A stretch of DNA of 63,905 nucleotides, filler included. It is 5 parts of 5 records of this genome, joined end to end, with 100 filler letters (N's around TTAATTAATTAA, not from the genome) between each part and the next. Parts side by side here need not be neighbours in the genome. Positions count along the whole stretch, not along the records: positions 9,938 to 30,774 come from SRR20825006_1654; positions 30,875 to 41,919 come from SRR20825006_1656; 3 more parts are not named here. One strand, 5' to 3'. The notes under the pieces were generated by a model, which searched no databases, was not told where the DNA came from, and was given only the letters and a program-made list of their open reading frames with translations. The position numbers and the translations under genes are program-made. Below, in pieces: positions 20,495 to 31,156 of this stretch (positions are counted from its first letter, which is position 1; each line of letters starts with the position of its first letter).

Positions 20495-21034
20495 ATGAAA
20501 CCGAACGAAGACACGACCGAAAACGGGGAGTCACCTCCCTCCCCCACCGCTTCCAAAGAAACCATCGCGACCGCGTATCACGAAGCCGGCCACGCGGTGA
20601 TGGCGATGGCCGTCGGACGAAGCATTCAAAAGGTCACCATTGCTCCCGGTAAGCTGCAGTTCGGTGGATCACGTCTTGGCACCTGCGAAATCAAAAAGAG
20701 CCGATCCAAAGGCAGCAAGGACCAACTCGAAGACGACGTGCTGGTTTTGCTAGCCGGGATGGTTTCCGAATCGCGTTTCACAGGAGTCTATTGCCCGGCG
20801 GGTGCGTCGCAGGACTTGCGAGAGGTCTCGGCAAGATTGTGCACACGAGCCGCGTCCCAGCGACAGCATGAAACACTGCTCAAACGCATGCTTTCCAAAA
20901 CAGAACACATTCTCAACGACGAAGCCAACCTCGAAGCAATCCGCGCAATCACCAAAGAGCTGTTAGAAAAGACAACCATCAGCGGCCGCGCCGTGAAACA
21001 CCATTTTGAGATGGCACAACGACGACACGCTTGA
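20495..21034 (+). CDS. Stand-alone M41 (FtsH-like) zinc peptidase domain protein
   Basis: AYHEAGHAV, LLAGMVSE, GASQDL; no AAA or TM domain. Confidence 0.75.
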   Translation: MKPNEDTTENGESPPSPTASKETIATAYHEAGHAVMAMAVGRSIQKVTIAPGKLQFGGSRLGTCEIKKSRSKGSKDQLEDDVLVLLAGMVSESRFTGVYCPAGASQDLREVSARLCTRAASQRQHETLLKRMLSKTEHILNDEANLEAIRAITKELLEKTTISGRAVKHHFEMAQRRHA

Positions 21035-21123
21035 GTATCACTGCCGCTCGATCGTTTCATCCGAAATGATTCACCGATCCACCATCGACTTCGCAACCTT
21101 TCGCAGCACTGACAATTCGTCCT

Positions 21124-23259
21124 ATGCAATCCATCGCTCGTGAACTGAATCTTCCAGAGAAACAAGTCGCCGCGGTCATCGAGCTACTCGAAGCCGGCAA
21201 CACGATTCCCTTCATCGCCCGGTATCGCAAAGAGGTCACCGGCGGTTTGGACGAAATCGCTCTGCGCGCGATCGAAGACGCTCTCGAAAAGCACAATGCC
21301 CTGCTCTCTCGAAAGGCAACCGTTCTCAAAACGATCGAAGAACAAGGTGCGTTGACCGCTGAGCTTCGCAAACAGATCGAAGCCTGCACGGACTTGCGAG
21401 CTCTCGAGGCTTTGTACCTGCCATACAAGCCCAAACGCCGCACGCGAGCAACCATCGCACGCGAAAAAGGGCTTCAACCGCTGGCTGATCTGCTGCTCAA
21501 ACAAACCAAGCTGTCTCAATCGAAACAGCAAACACTCCAAGAATTTGTCAATCAAGATTTGGATGTCGCCGACACCGACGCGGCTCTGGCCGGCGCCCTG
21601 GACATCGTTGCTGAACAATGGAGCGAAGACGCGTCGGTTCGTGAGTGGATGGTCGAGAAAGGAACCAAGTTCGGGCAGATCACTTCAGCGGTCAAACGCG
21701 GCAAGAAGGACGAAGCGGACAAATACGAAGCCTACCTGGATCGTGCCGAATCAGCCGCTCGCATTCCAGGTCACCGATTGCTTGCAATGTTGCGTGGCGA
21801 AGCGGAAGGCATCCTGCGTGTCGGGCTGAAAATGGAAGAAGACCGTGCCATTTCGCACGTCAAATCCACGTTCATCCAAAACCGCTCGTTCGAATTCGCC
21901 AGAGAACTCGAATCAGCCGCAGAAGACTGTTTTCAACGTTTGCTTCAACCGGCAACGCAGTCCACCGTCCTGCAAATGTTGAAAGAGAAAGCTGACGAAG
22001 AAGCCATCGATGTGTTTGGCAAAAACCTGCACGAGCTTCTGATGTCGCCTCCCGCCGGTCCTCGCGTGACGATCGGTATCGATCCCGGTTTTCGCACCGG
22101 ATGCAAAGTTGCCGTGGTTGATGGCACGGGAAAGTTCTTGGCCAACACCACGATCTATCCAACGCCGCCCAAATCCGACACTGCCGGAGCATCAAAACAG
22201 CTACTCGCACTCATACAGAAACACAATGTTGAACTGATCGCAATTGGCAACGGGACCGCCTCGCGAGAAACCGATGCCTTTGTCGGTCAACTCATTCGCG
22301 ACAACAAACTCGATGTGACCAAGGTGATGGTCAGCGAATCAGGTGCGTCGATCTATTCGGCCAGCGAACTGGCTGGCAAAGAATTCCCCGATTTGGACGT
22401 CACCGTTCGTGGTGCCATCAGCATCGCACGCCGCCTGCAAGATCCGCTGGCGGAATTGGTCAAGACCGATCCGAAATCAATCGGTGTGGGGCAGTACCAA
22501 CACGACGTGAATCAGACCCAGCTTCGCAAGTGCCTCGATCGAACCGTCGAAAGCTGCGTGAACCGCGTCGGCGTCGACTTGAATATGGCAAGCGTTCCTT
22601 TGCTGTCGCGAGTGGCCGGCATCGGACCGAAATTGGCAGAGAACATTGTTCAGTATCGCGACACAAACGGGCGTTTCGGCAGCCGAAAGGAATTGACCAA
22701 GGTACCCAAACTTGGCAAGAAAGCCTTCGAACAAGCCGCCGGCTTTTTGCGAATTCGCGGTGGTGATGAACCTCTCGACAATTCCGCCGTGCACCCGGAA
22801 AGCTACACGCTGGTCAGTCGCATGGCCAAGCAGCTCCATGCCGACGTGAAGACGTTGGTTGGCAACGCGACGCTCAGCCAAAAACTGCAACCCGATTCAT
22901 TTGTCGACGATCGCTTCGGCATTCCAACCATCCGTGACATCATCGCGGAACTGGGCAAACCTGGCCGCGATCCGCGAAGCGAATTCAAAGTCGCCCAGTT
23001 CGATGATTCGGTCCAATCGATGGAAGATCTTCGCGAAGGAATGGTGCTGGAAGGCGTCATCACCAACGTGACGCACTTCGGCGCGTTCATCGATCTCGGT
23101 GTCCACCAAGACGGACTGATCCACGTTTCTCAGTTGGCGAACCAGTTCGTCAGCGATCCTTCCGAAGTCGTTTCGGTCGGCGATGTTGTCAAAGTCAAAG
23201 TCCTCGAAATTGACCTCGATCGCAAACGAATCGCCGTCTCCAAGAAGGCTCTTGGATAA
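21124..23259 (+). CDS. tex: Tex-family RNA-binding transcriptional accessory protein
   Basis: TIPFIARYRKE, GIDPGFRTGCK, IGVGQYQHD, C-terminal S1 domain. Confidence 0.95.
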   Translation: MQSIARELNLPEKQVAAVIELLEAGNTIPFIARYRKEVTGGLDEIALRAIEDALEKHNALLSRKATVLKTIEEQGALTAELRKQIEACTDLRALEALYLPYKPKRRTRATIAREKGLQPLADLLLKQTKLSQSKQQTLQEFVNQDLDVADTDAALAGALDIVAEQWSEDASVREWMVEKGTKFGQITSAVKRGKKDEADKYEAYLDRAESAARIPGHRLLAMLRGEAEGILRVGLKMEEDRAISHVKSTFIQNRSFEFARELESAAEDCFQRLLQPATQSTVLQMLKEKADEEAIDVFGKNLHELLMSPPAGPRVTIGIDPGFRTGCKVAVVDGTGKFLANTTIYPTPPKSDTAGASKQLLALIQKHNVELIAIGNGTASRETDAFVGQLIRDNKLDVTKVMVSESGASIYSASELAGKEFPDLDVTVRGAISIARRLQDPLAELVKTDPKSIGVGQYQHDVNQTQLRKCLDRTVESCVNRVGVDLNMASVPLLSRVAGIGPKLAENIVQYRDTNGRFGSRKELTKVPKLGKKAFEQAAGFLRIRGGDEPLDNSAVHPESYTLVSRMAKQLHADVKTLVGNATLSQKLQPDSFVDDRFGIPTIRDIIAELGKPGRDPRSEFKVAQFDDSVQSMEDLREGMVLEGVITNVTHFGAFIDLGVHQDGLIHVSQLANQFVSDPSEVVSVGDVVKVKVLEIDLDRKRIAVSKKALG

Positions 23260-23262
23260 CGT

Positions 23263-24225
23263 TCAAGCGTCTTGGCAAATCGCTTCGTTGAAAAACGCGA
23301 GCTGTTGATACAGCATCGAAATCGACGGAGCGATTTCGCTCGCACGATCTCCGATCGCTCGCAGCGGGTTGCCAAAGATCGCTTCGACTTCCATCGGTCG
23401 CTTGGCCAGAAAGTCCAACCGCATGCTGCTGTCGTAGGGAACCATGGTTTCGGTGTGTTCCATCGTTGCCCGAATCGCCTTTTCGTCGATTTCCACGCCG
23501 CATGCCGCGGCACCCGCGTGAACTTCCGCGATCAATTGATTTGCCAAGTCGCGACCAGGTTGCGAGCCAATGATTCGATCCGTCGAAGCATCCAAAACAA
23601 CCGACAATCCATTGAAAGGGATATTCCACATCAACTTTCGCCAACGTGTCTTCGCCAAATCATCGCTCCAATTCGCGTCGATGCCTGCTGATTGCATGTC
23701 CGCTTCGATGCGGCGGCCCACCTCATTGGCACGCAACGGATCCACACCAGGTTCTTGGTAGGCACCAAACGCGATCCGCCCGTAATCCAAGTGGTGGATA
23801 TGGCCCGGCCCAACTTTGTTGCTGCAAAGGAAACAGCAACCGCCGAGAACTCGTCCGGCGGGAATTGTCCGCCGCACATCCGCTTCGACATCCAACCCGT
23901 TTTGCAGGGTCAGCACCACGCCATCATCAGCGACGACTCGCGGCAGCCACTCGTCCAACAACGCATTGCGAGTCGACTTCAGCGCGATGATCACGACATC
24001 GCACTTCGGCATCGATTCGACCGAATCGTAGACCTGCGGCGACTCTAAAACAAAGTCGCCCAGCACACTCTCGATTCGCAATCCGTTTTCGCGAACATGC
24101 TCAAAATCTGAATGCAACAAAAAGTGCACGTCGCATCCGGATCGGGCCAACATGGCTCCGTACAAACCGCCCACCGCACCACTTCCTAAAATTGCATAAC
24201 GAAGCGGTTCGGCAGGAGTGGTCAT
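23263..24225 (-). CDS. panE: 2-dehydropantoate 2-reductase (ApbA/PanE family)
   Basis: ILGSGAVG, TLQNGL, WRKLMWNIPFN, SSMRLD. Confidence 0.85.
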   Translation of the reverse strand: MTTPAEPLRYAILGSGAVGGLYGAMLARSGCDVHFLLHSDFEHVRENGLRIESVLGDFVLESPQVYDSVESMPKCDVVIIALKSTRNALLDEWLPRVVADDGVVLTLQNGLDVEADVRRTIPAGRVLGGCCFLCSNKVGPGHIHHLDYGRIAFGAYQEPGVDPLRANEVGRRIEADMQSAGIDANWSDDLAKTRWRKLMWNIPFNGLSVVLDASTDRIIGSQPGRDLANQLIAEVHAGAAACGVEIDEKAIRATMEHTETMVPYDSSMRLDFLAKRPMEVEAIFGNPLRAIGDRASEIAPSISMLYQQLAFFNEAICQDA

Positions 24226-26276
24226 TTGGATTTCCTATTCTGTTTGGCTGGTTTGCGTGACTTTTTCGGAGCGTCTGGCAGCTCGTTCAGTTCCAATGCG
24301 GGAACGGAATCATTGCCCGCCAAACGGACGATCATGTCAACCGGGTGCGTACCAGCTTCCAGCGTGACTTCAACCGATGCATCCGTTTTGTCATGGCCGG
24401 TGGTGTCAATCAAAGCAGCATCATGCACTCTCAAAACAGCATCGCCGGTCGCCTTCAATCGCAACTCGTATCGCCCTGTTTTGGCGACATTCAGAACCGT
24501 TTGCACGCGTGCGTTGCCTTGGCCGGCTGAGCGAACAGCGTCGGCGAGATCCAATCCTTCAATGTCGACCTTCGTCGATTGAGCAGGATCCAAACGCGAA
24601 ACAATGAATGTTTTTGTCGGACAATAAGTGACCACCATCGGAGCATCAGCATTCAATGATTCGTCCGCCGGGATGGGTTCGCCATCGTAAGGACGCTCGG
24701 CAGTCGCGTTGGCCGATCGAAGCTGAAGCACCCGGTCATGCATTCGTTGTTGCAGCTTTTCCATCTCGGGGGACGTCCCAGCCAAATTGTTGGCTTCGCC
24801 AGGATCTTTGGCGACGTCGTAGATCTCAAACGGATCCGCATGCGATTGGATGTTGTGCCGAACCCCTTTGTAGCCGTTCATGAAGATTGCTTGCATCTGA
24901 CCACGACGAGCACCGCGGCGTGATGGCTCGTAGTCTTCGTAGTTCGGCGTCTTGCCTCCGTTGAAGTACTCAACGTAAGTCGTCGGAGTAGCTTGCTGGC
25001 CCTTCTTCAACAACGTGGGAACCAGCGAAACACCGTCTGCTCGAGCCGGAACGTTTGCTCCCGCCAAATCAGCAAAGGTGGTTAACCAATCGTGGAATTG
25101 GCTTGGGCTTTGATCGATTCCAGCTGCAATCTTTCCAGGCCACCAAGCAACGGTCGGGACACGAATCCCACCCTCAAAACAATCTCGCTTCATCCCATCA
25201 AACGGCCCGTACGACTGAAACGATGTCGGTGCGTAGTTCACGTTTTGAATATAGGACTCGCTGTGCGGCCCGTTGTCACTGGAAAAAACCACCAAGGTAT
25301 TTTCTTCGAGTTCCAAGTCACGAAGTGTTTGCAACAGGTCGCCCATCAGATCGTCGAGCCGTCGGACGCTGGTCGCGAACCGGACCTCGGCATCTGTCCA
25401 ACCTTGGTTGGCGTAGTCCGGGTGCTTGTAGGAATCGATCGGTCCGACCGTGTTGATCATGCGATCGGTCTCACCGAGCCACTGCACGCCGCCGTTGACG
25501 CCTTTGCCTTCTGGATAGGGCGCCGAGGGATATTGGATTGATGCGTGAGGTGTGTCGTAGGAAAGAAAGACGAAGAATGGCTCGTCGGCAGATTGCGATT
25601 GGTGTTCAACCAACAACCTTTTTGTTTTGGCGGTGAACAAATCAGCCGTGTAGCAGCCTTTCAGTTGAGATGAGATTTCGTCGTCGTTGTGCCACAACTC
25701 GACGGGGTTGGCGTGTGCCTCGCCATTGGCAATCGGCCACTTGTCGGCGGGATAGTGGTTGTGGCCGTCGCGGTGACGCACATAGCCAAAGAATTCGTCA
25801 AAGCCGCGTTTGGTCGGGTACGCAGGCCAATTTTCGGCGCTGTTGCCTTCGCCCTGCAAACCATACTTACCGACGAGCGCGGTCGTGTAGCCAACGCTTT
25901 TCAGAACCGATGCGACCGTCGGAACGTCGGGCAACGCTTTGTCGAACTGATTGTCTCGGATCGACGCATGTCCCTGATGCACGCCGGTCAACAGCGACGC
26001 GCGGCTGGGGGCGCACACGGGAGCCGGGCAATAGTGGTTCCGCATCTGCAGACCTTCGGCAGCCATCGCATCCCAGTGCGGTGTTTGGTGCGTGCGATCA
26101 TGCTTGGATTCGTTCTGGTAGTAGCACCCCAGATCGCCCCAACCAAGATCATCGTACAAGACGAAAAGAATGTTTGGTTGGCTGGCGGAGTCCGCAGCGT
26201 TGGCTGGGGTGGGTGCGAGCGAATTGGACCAAACCATCAGTCCAACGAACAAACACAGAAGATGGCGGGAACGCAT
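24222..26276 (-). CDS. Secreted arylsulfatase-family sulfatase with C-terminal beta-rich extension
   Basis: PNILFVLYDDLGWGD, FGly motif CAPSR, GKYG, SDNG, EGGIRVP. Confidence 0.93.
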   Translation of the reverse strand: MRSRHLLCLFVGLMVWSNSLAPTPANAADSASQPNILFVLYDDLGWGDLGCYYQNESKHDRTHQTPHWDAMAAEGLQMRNHYCPAPVCAPSRASLLTGVHQGHASIRDNQFDKALPDVPTVASVLKSVGYTTALVGKYGLQGEGNSAENWPAYPTKRGFDEFFGYVRHRDGHNHYPADKWPIANGEAHANPVELWHNDDEISSQLKGCYTADLFTAKTKRLLVEHQSQSADEPFFVFLSYDTPHASIQYPSAPYPEGKGVNGGVQWLGETDRMINTVGPIDSYKHPDYANQGWTDAEVRFATSVRRLDDLMGDLLQTLRDLELEENTLVVFSSDNGPHSESYIQNVNYAPTSFQSYGPFDGMKRDCFEGGIRVPTVAWWPGKIAAGIDQSPSQFHDWLTTFADLAGANVPARADGVSLVPTLLKKGQQATPTTYVEYFNGGKTPNYEDYEPSRRGARRGQMQAIFMNGYKGVRHNIQSHADPFEIYDVAKDPGEANNLAGTSPEMEKLQQRMHDRVLQLRSANATAERPYDGEPIPADESLNADAPMVVTYCPTKTFIVSRLDPAQSTKVDIEGLDLADAVRSAGQGNARVQTVLNVAKTGRYELRLKATGDAVLRVHDAALIDTTGHDKTDASVEVTLEAGTHPVDMIVRLAGNDSVPALELNELPDAPKKSRKPAKQNRKSK

Positions 26277-26394
26277 GCAAAAGGCTCTTCTTCAGGTGGG
26301 AAAGGTGTGAGGGAACACGATTCTAACTCAAAGCCTTTCTCCAGTCCTTCCCTATCTCAACGCGACCATCATGAAGATGCGAAGCCAGCGTCGA

Positions 26395-27678
26395 TCAAAT
26401 CAGATGCATGCGAGGCGGTTTGGCCAACCGTTTGACTCGCATCGCCAAACTGGGGTGCAACCAACTCGCTCGACGTGCCGCGGGATGTCCCGCCGTGACT
26501 CGGCCCAGGGCCGCGGCCATCATTCCAGCCGCTTCGGCTTCCGTCGCTGGCATCCCATCGGCTTGGCCGCCGGCTTTGACAGCCAACTTGCAAGCGACCG
26601 CGTCAGCGTCCCATTCCGTCAAATACGCAACGGCACTCAAAGTCCCGACGGTCAACACCAATCCAGTCAACCCGCCAACGGTTGCTCCCCAGGATTCATT
26701 CGTGAACAACGACCCAACCCAAATCGAAACAAACCACGCTGGTGCGACGGCTGCCATCCGGATCGGAACGTGCCAGCGCCGCACATGAGCCACCTCGTGC
26801 ATGACGACCATCAACAACTGACCTCGAGGCAATTCGTCAATCACGCGATCGGACAACAACAGCATTCGTCCGGGACGAAACAAACCCGCCACCAAAGCAT
26901 TGAAGACACGTCCGTTGGTGTTCCATCGGACGACCCGCATCGCAGACCATCCCTCGGTTCGCACGCCCACGCGGTTGAGCCACAAAGTGATCGATTCGCG
27001 ATCGGCGGGAGCCATGGTTTCCTGACGAATGACTCGGCTCACGATCCATGGCAGCAAAAATGCGATCGCCGCGATTCCCACTCCGATACCGATTGCGACC
27101 GCATTGCCCGTAGCGATCGGTTGACTCCATTCTGCCAAATCACCCAACAGCAGAAAGAGCATCGTTGGAATGATCAACCAAACGGGACCTGCCCGGAGTC
27201 CTGACCATAACGAGACAAAGTAGTTTCGCAGCGACGAGTCGGTTAGACCCAGCCGAGCCCCGAAGACATGCTCGGCGGACCAAGTCGCCAGCAGAATGGT
27301 GATGCCTGGCATCAGCAGAACGACGGATTGCAGCATCATGCTGGACTCCAAAATCGGCTGTTCGCGGGACCAGGCCGCCAGTGAAAACGCACCGAGACAA
27401 GTCAGCACCACGGGCAGCCCCAACCAACGGAAAATGTCTAGCTGAACCTCAAGCATCCGGCTCGCGTCTCGAATTCGCATGTGCCCACGCCTGACCTGCA
27501 ACACCATCATTCGAGCGGCCGTATGACACAGAATCGTCCATCCCGCCACCAACGCGACGCTGGCAATCACCGACCGGAACGACGGTTCCGACCAACCCGG
27601 GACGGAACCGCAGCAGAGCGATACCAAAACCAGCAAAAAGACGTAGAAAGACAATTTGAATCCTTGTTCGTTGAGCAT
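26395..27678 (-). CDS. Membrane M48-family metallopeptidase
   Basis: Multiple TM segments; NALVAG, HEVAH, EWDAD, HPSLAMR. Confidence 0.8.
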   Translation of the reverse strand: MLNEQGFKLSFYVFLLVLVSLCCGSVPGWSEPSFRSVIASVALVAGWTILCHTAARMMVLQVRRGHMRIRDASRMLEVQLDIFRWLGLPVVLTCLGAFSLAAWSREQPILESSMMLQSVVLLMPGITILLATWSAEHVFGARLGLTDSSLRNYFVSLWSGLRAGPVWLIIPTMLFLLLGDLAEWSQPIATGNAVAIGIGVGIAAIAFLLPWIVSRVIRQETMAPADRESITLWLNRVGVRTEGWSAMRVVRWNTNGRVFNALVAGLFRPGRMLLLSDRVIDELPRGQLLMVVMHEVAHVRRWHVPIRMAAVAPAWFVSIWVGSLFTNESWGATVGGLTGLVLTVGTLSAVAYLTEWDADAVACKLAVKAGGQADGMPATEAEAAGMMAAALGRVTAGHPAARRASWLHPSLAMRVKRLAKPPRMHLI

Positions 27679-27942
27679 GGGCCGTCGTAGTTTCAGCGGC
27701 CGTCATCAGCAAACCCAATCTTTTCGACGACGTCAAAGGATTCTCGAAAAAACCGCCGATTCGACCATCCCCGCCTGTCAACTCGGCGCTGTTTTAACGG
27801 TTCTAACGAATGGATGGTGCGGAGCATTCAATGCATTGCCACACCCGGTCAAACCATCGGGCGCAAGGTTTGCAACTTCACCGTTCCAATGAACAACTCG
27901 CCGCGAAACCAATCCTGCGGCATCCACCCAACGCGAGACTTC

Positions 27943-29205
27943 ATGCCGTCACCATCGGACATCAACGGAAAACTGGCGATCCTCGCTGACGCCGCGAAAT
28001 ACGATGCCTCCTGCGCCAGCAGTGGCTCGAAACGCGAATCGAAGGGCGGTTTGGGCAGCACCGAAGGAATGGGGATTTGCCACTCGTACACGCCCGACGG
28101 ACGCTGCGTTTCCCTGCTGAAGATCCTGCTGACGAACTACTGCATCTACGATTGCCAGTACTGCGTCAACCGAATCAGCAGCGACACCCCGCGGGCTCGG
28201 TTCACTCCGGAGCAAGTCGTCAAGCTAACGATGGATTTTTACCGCCGCAATTACATCGAAGGGTTGTTTCTCAGCAGCGGAATCATCCAAGATTCCGACT
28301 ACACGATGGGGCAAATGATCGAGGTCGCGAAAACGCTTCGTGAGCGAGAGTCGTTCCGCGGCTACATCCATTTGAAAACAATTCCAAACGCTGCGGATGA
28401 CTTGATCGAGACGGCGGGTCAATACGCTGACCGGCTGAGCATCAACATCGAACTACCGACAGTCGGCGACTTAAAAACCCTTGCACCAGAAAAGAAACGC
28501 CCGGCGATCGAACAGTCGATGGACCGGATAAAAATCAAACGAGAAGAAATCACCTCGGATCGAAAACGAGGCCTTCGTGTGCCGCAATTCGTCCCCGCTG
28601 GCCAAAGCACACAAATGATCGTTGGTGCAACCGACTCAACCGATCAAGACATCCTGAACACTTCGTCGGTACTGTACGGCACACATCAACTGCGTCGTGT
28701 CTATTACTCCGCGTACAGCCCGATTCCGCATGCGAACGCTCGTCTGCCGGGCATGTCGCCTCCGTTGGTCCGTGAGCATCGTTTGTACCAAGCCGATTGG
28801 CTGCTGCGGTTCTATGGGTTCGATGCATCGGAACTGACAACTCCGGAATCGCAAAACCTCGATTTAGACATCGATCCCAAACTCGCTTGGGCACTTCGCA
28901 ATCGCGAGTCGTTTCCGATCGATGTCAATCGAGCGTCGAGAGAGATGTTGCTACGAGTTCCAGGAATCGGGGAGCGAGGCGTCAAACGTATTCTCAACAC
29001 GCGACGTCATCACGCCATCCGCGATGAAGACCTGATTCGAATTGGCGTCTCGTACAAAAAAGCACGTCCCTTCTTGATCACGTCAGATCGTCACCCGGAA
29101 CCACTCAGCCTGGACAGCGTTGGACTACGGGATCGCCTGCGTCCCAAATCAGTCCAGTTGAGTCTTTTCGACGCGTTCGAGTCAGCAGCGACTGGACAAG
29201 TCTAA
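27943..29205 (+). CDS. Putative DNA modification/repair radical SAM protein (TIGR03916-like) with HhH motif
   Basis: KLAILADAAKYDASC, GICHSYTPDGRC, CIYDCQYC, REHRLYQADWL, LRVPGIG. Confidence 0.9.
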   Translation: MPSPSDINGKLAILADAAKYDASCASSGSKRESKGGLGSTEGMGICHSYTPDGRCVSLLKILLTNYCIYDCQYCVNRISSDTPRARFTPEQVVKLTMDFYRRNYIEGLFLSSGIIQDSDYTMGQMIEVAKTLRERESFRGYIHLKTIPNAADDLIETAGQYADRLSINIELPTVGDLKTLAPEKKRPAIEQSMDRIKIKREEITSDRKRGLRVPQFVPAGQSTQMIVGATDSTDQDILNTSSVLYGTHQLRRVYYSAYSPIPHANARLPGMSPPLVREHRLYQADWLLRFYGFDASELTTPESQNLDLDIDPKLAWALRNRESFPIDVNRASREMLLRVPGIGERGVKRILNTRRHHAIRDEDLIRIGVSYKKARPFLITSDRHPEPLSLDSVGLRDRLRPKSVQLSLFDAFESAATGQV

Positions 29206-29732
29206 GCAGACCTTCGAATCGAACTCGGACCAATCGATCTGGTCAACCAACGCGGTGTGCCCGCACAAAACTGGCTCTCACAATCTACCTAAAACACCAA
29301 GTCAACTCAGTCGTCTAGCAACGATGTTGACGAATACTGTGCAGATGCATCCGACCGATGCGGGGGGCTGCTCACAATTAAGACACGCATGCTACGGCTG
29401 TGCGCATGACCTAGGCAACGCCGCGTTTAGAACACGCTCGGTTGCTTCCTTCTTGTCATGAAACTAACGGTCCCCGTGGCAGCATTACGCGACCACACCG
29501 CGCCTCATCTCCCCGCCGCGTACCTCTTGAGTTGGTTCCGTCCGGCACCTGGACGCTTTGGCATTGCCTTTGCCTTTGCCTGTTCTCCGCCTGAGTGATG
29601 CAAGTGAATGGGCGGAGTCCAAAACTCACTCGACGAAGCGATCTTTCGGGAAGGATTCTTCCCTCCTTCACCTTATGTTTCGATTGCCTGTGTCCAATCA
29701 CGGAATCGAATCTCTCACCTAAGGATTTGTCG

Positions 29733-30725
29733 ATGCGTCAGAAGCAACATGCAAACTCTGGATTCACTTTGGTCGAGCTATTGGTTGTCATAGCGATCAT
29801 CGGTGTCTTGGTTGGACTCCTTCTTCCCGCAGTCCAATCTGCAAGAGAAGCCGCAAGAAGAATGAGTTGTTCTAACAACATGAAACAACTTGGTTTAGCG
29901 ATGCACAACTATCACGACACGATGTCAAGCTTTCCTCTTGGTTCATATAACCTTCGAGAGACTTGGCCCGCCAGCGGATCAAATTGGCGCGCATTGATTC
30001 TTCCATTTCTCGAACAAGGCAACATTCACGACCAGCTTGAGTTCAGCTATTCGTCTCACTTCATGGCCGGTGGCGCAGCCGGTGCGGATGCACTCAAAGG
30101 CAACGAAATCCTGAAATATCTTGCCGTTCCAACTTACGCATGCCCCTCATCCGCGATTGATATGTTCGAGAACGCGCCGGTATCGAACAATTCCGAAGGT
30201 GCCATGAACATCATGTATGTCGGAATCCAAGGCGCCGCTCGGCCGGTCCCTGGTGGCGACCCAAACAAGGGAACCGCTGACCTTGGTCACGGTTGGTCGT
30301 CCAATAACGGAATGCTGTTCGCCAATGGAAAAATCAAGATGCGTGACGTTGTCGACGGGACGACCAATGCCATCATGATCGCAGAGCAATCCGGATGGGT
30401 CGACGGGGTGAACCGCACATCAAACTACTACGGTGGATGGATGGGTTCGAGACACCCACGTCCAGTCGACGGCCCCAGCAGCTGGGACCTTTGGCAAACC
30501 GGAACAACTTGCGTTCGATTCGCACCGAACTCGCAAATTGTGCAAACGGGAGCAACCGACCGCATGTATCGAAACAACACGGTGATCAATTCCATGCACA
30601 CCGGCGGAATCAATGTGGTGATGGGTGATGCGAGCGTTCAATTCATCACCGATTCGATCGACTTTTTACTGCTGAAACAATTGTGTTGCCGCTACGACGG
30701 TGAAGTCACCACTTTCCCACAATAG
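29733..30725 (+). CDS. DUF1559 prepilin-type N-terminal cleavage/methylation domain protein
   Basis: GFTLVELLVVIAIIGVLVGLLLPAVQSAREAARR; SMHTGGINVVMGDASV. Confidence 0.95.
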   Translation: MRQKQHANSGFTLVELLVVIAIIGVLVGLLLPAVQSAREAARRMSCSNNMKQLGLAMHNYHDTMSSFPLGSYNLRETWPASGSNWRALILPFLEQGNIHDQLEFSYSSHFMAGGAAGADALKGNEILKYLAVPTYACPSSAIDMFENAPVSNNSEGAMNIMYVGIQGAARPVPGGDPNKGTADLGHGWSSNNGMLFANGKIKMRDVVDGTTNAIMIAEQSGWVDGVNRTSNYYGGWMGSRHPRPVDGPSSWDLWQTGTTCVRFAPNSQIVQTGATDRMYRNNTVINSMHTGGINVVMGDASVQFITDSIDFLLLKQLCCRYDGEVTTFPQ

Positions 30726-30774
30726 GTTTCTGTACGACACACGTTCTAAGCAGGTCGGCAGGAATGATCGGGTA

Positions 30775-30874
30775 NNNNNNNNNNNNNNNNNNNNNNNNNN
30801 NNNNNNNNNNNNNNNNNNTTAATTAATTAANNNNNNNNNNNNNNNNNNNNNNNNNNNNNNNNNNNNNNNNNNNN
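30775..30874. other. Artificial contig spacer
   Basis: N44-TTAATTAATTAA-N44. Confidence 0.99.
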
Positions 30875-30909
30875 AAAGTCAGTTGCTCTACCAGCTGAGC
30901 TACGCGCTC
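30875..30909 (-). tRNA. tRNA-Lys (probably TTT), 5' half only, truncated in the anticodon loop
   Basis: Minus strand reads GAGCGCGTAGCTCAGCTGGTAGAGCAACTGACTTT: acceptor strand, D-arm and anticodon stem; third anticodon base not visible. Confidence 0.85.
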
Positions 30910-31156
30910 CCAGTCGAAGCGCTAAGCGCTTTCTCTTGAAAGTGGGCGGAACATAGGCAGGGTCTTTCAGAAGGTCAACCCGAAATTATCTGCTTTCGAT
31001 GACAATTTGACGCTTTTCAACGCGCAGAAAGGTGATTGGCTTTGATACACGCTGTGGTCTAAGAAATCCGTCGACAATCAAAACCTTCAGGAATCGATTG
31101 CCAGCCTTGTTTTCACTGTGGTTTCAGCCACCTGCAAGAATCATCGGGAGTTTGCC

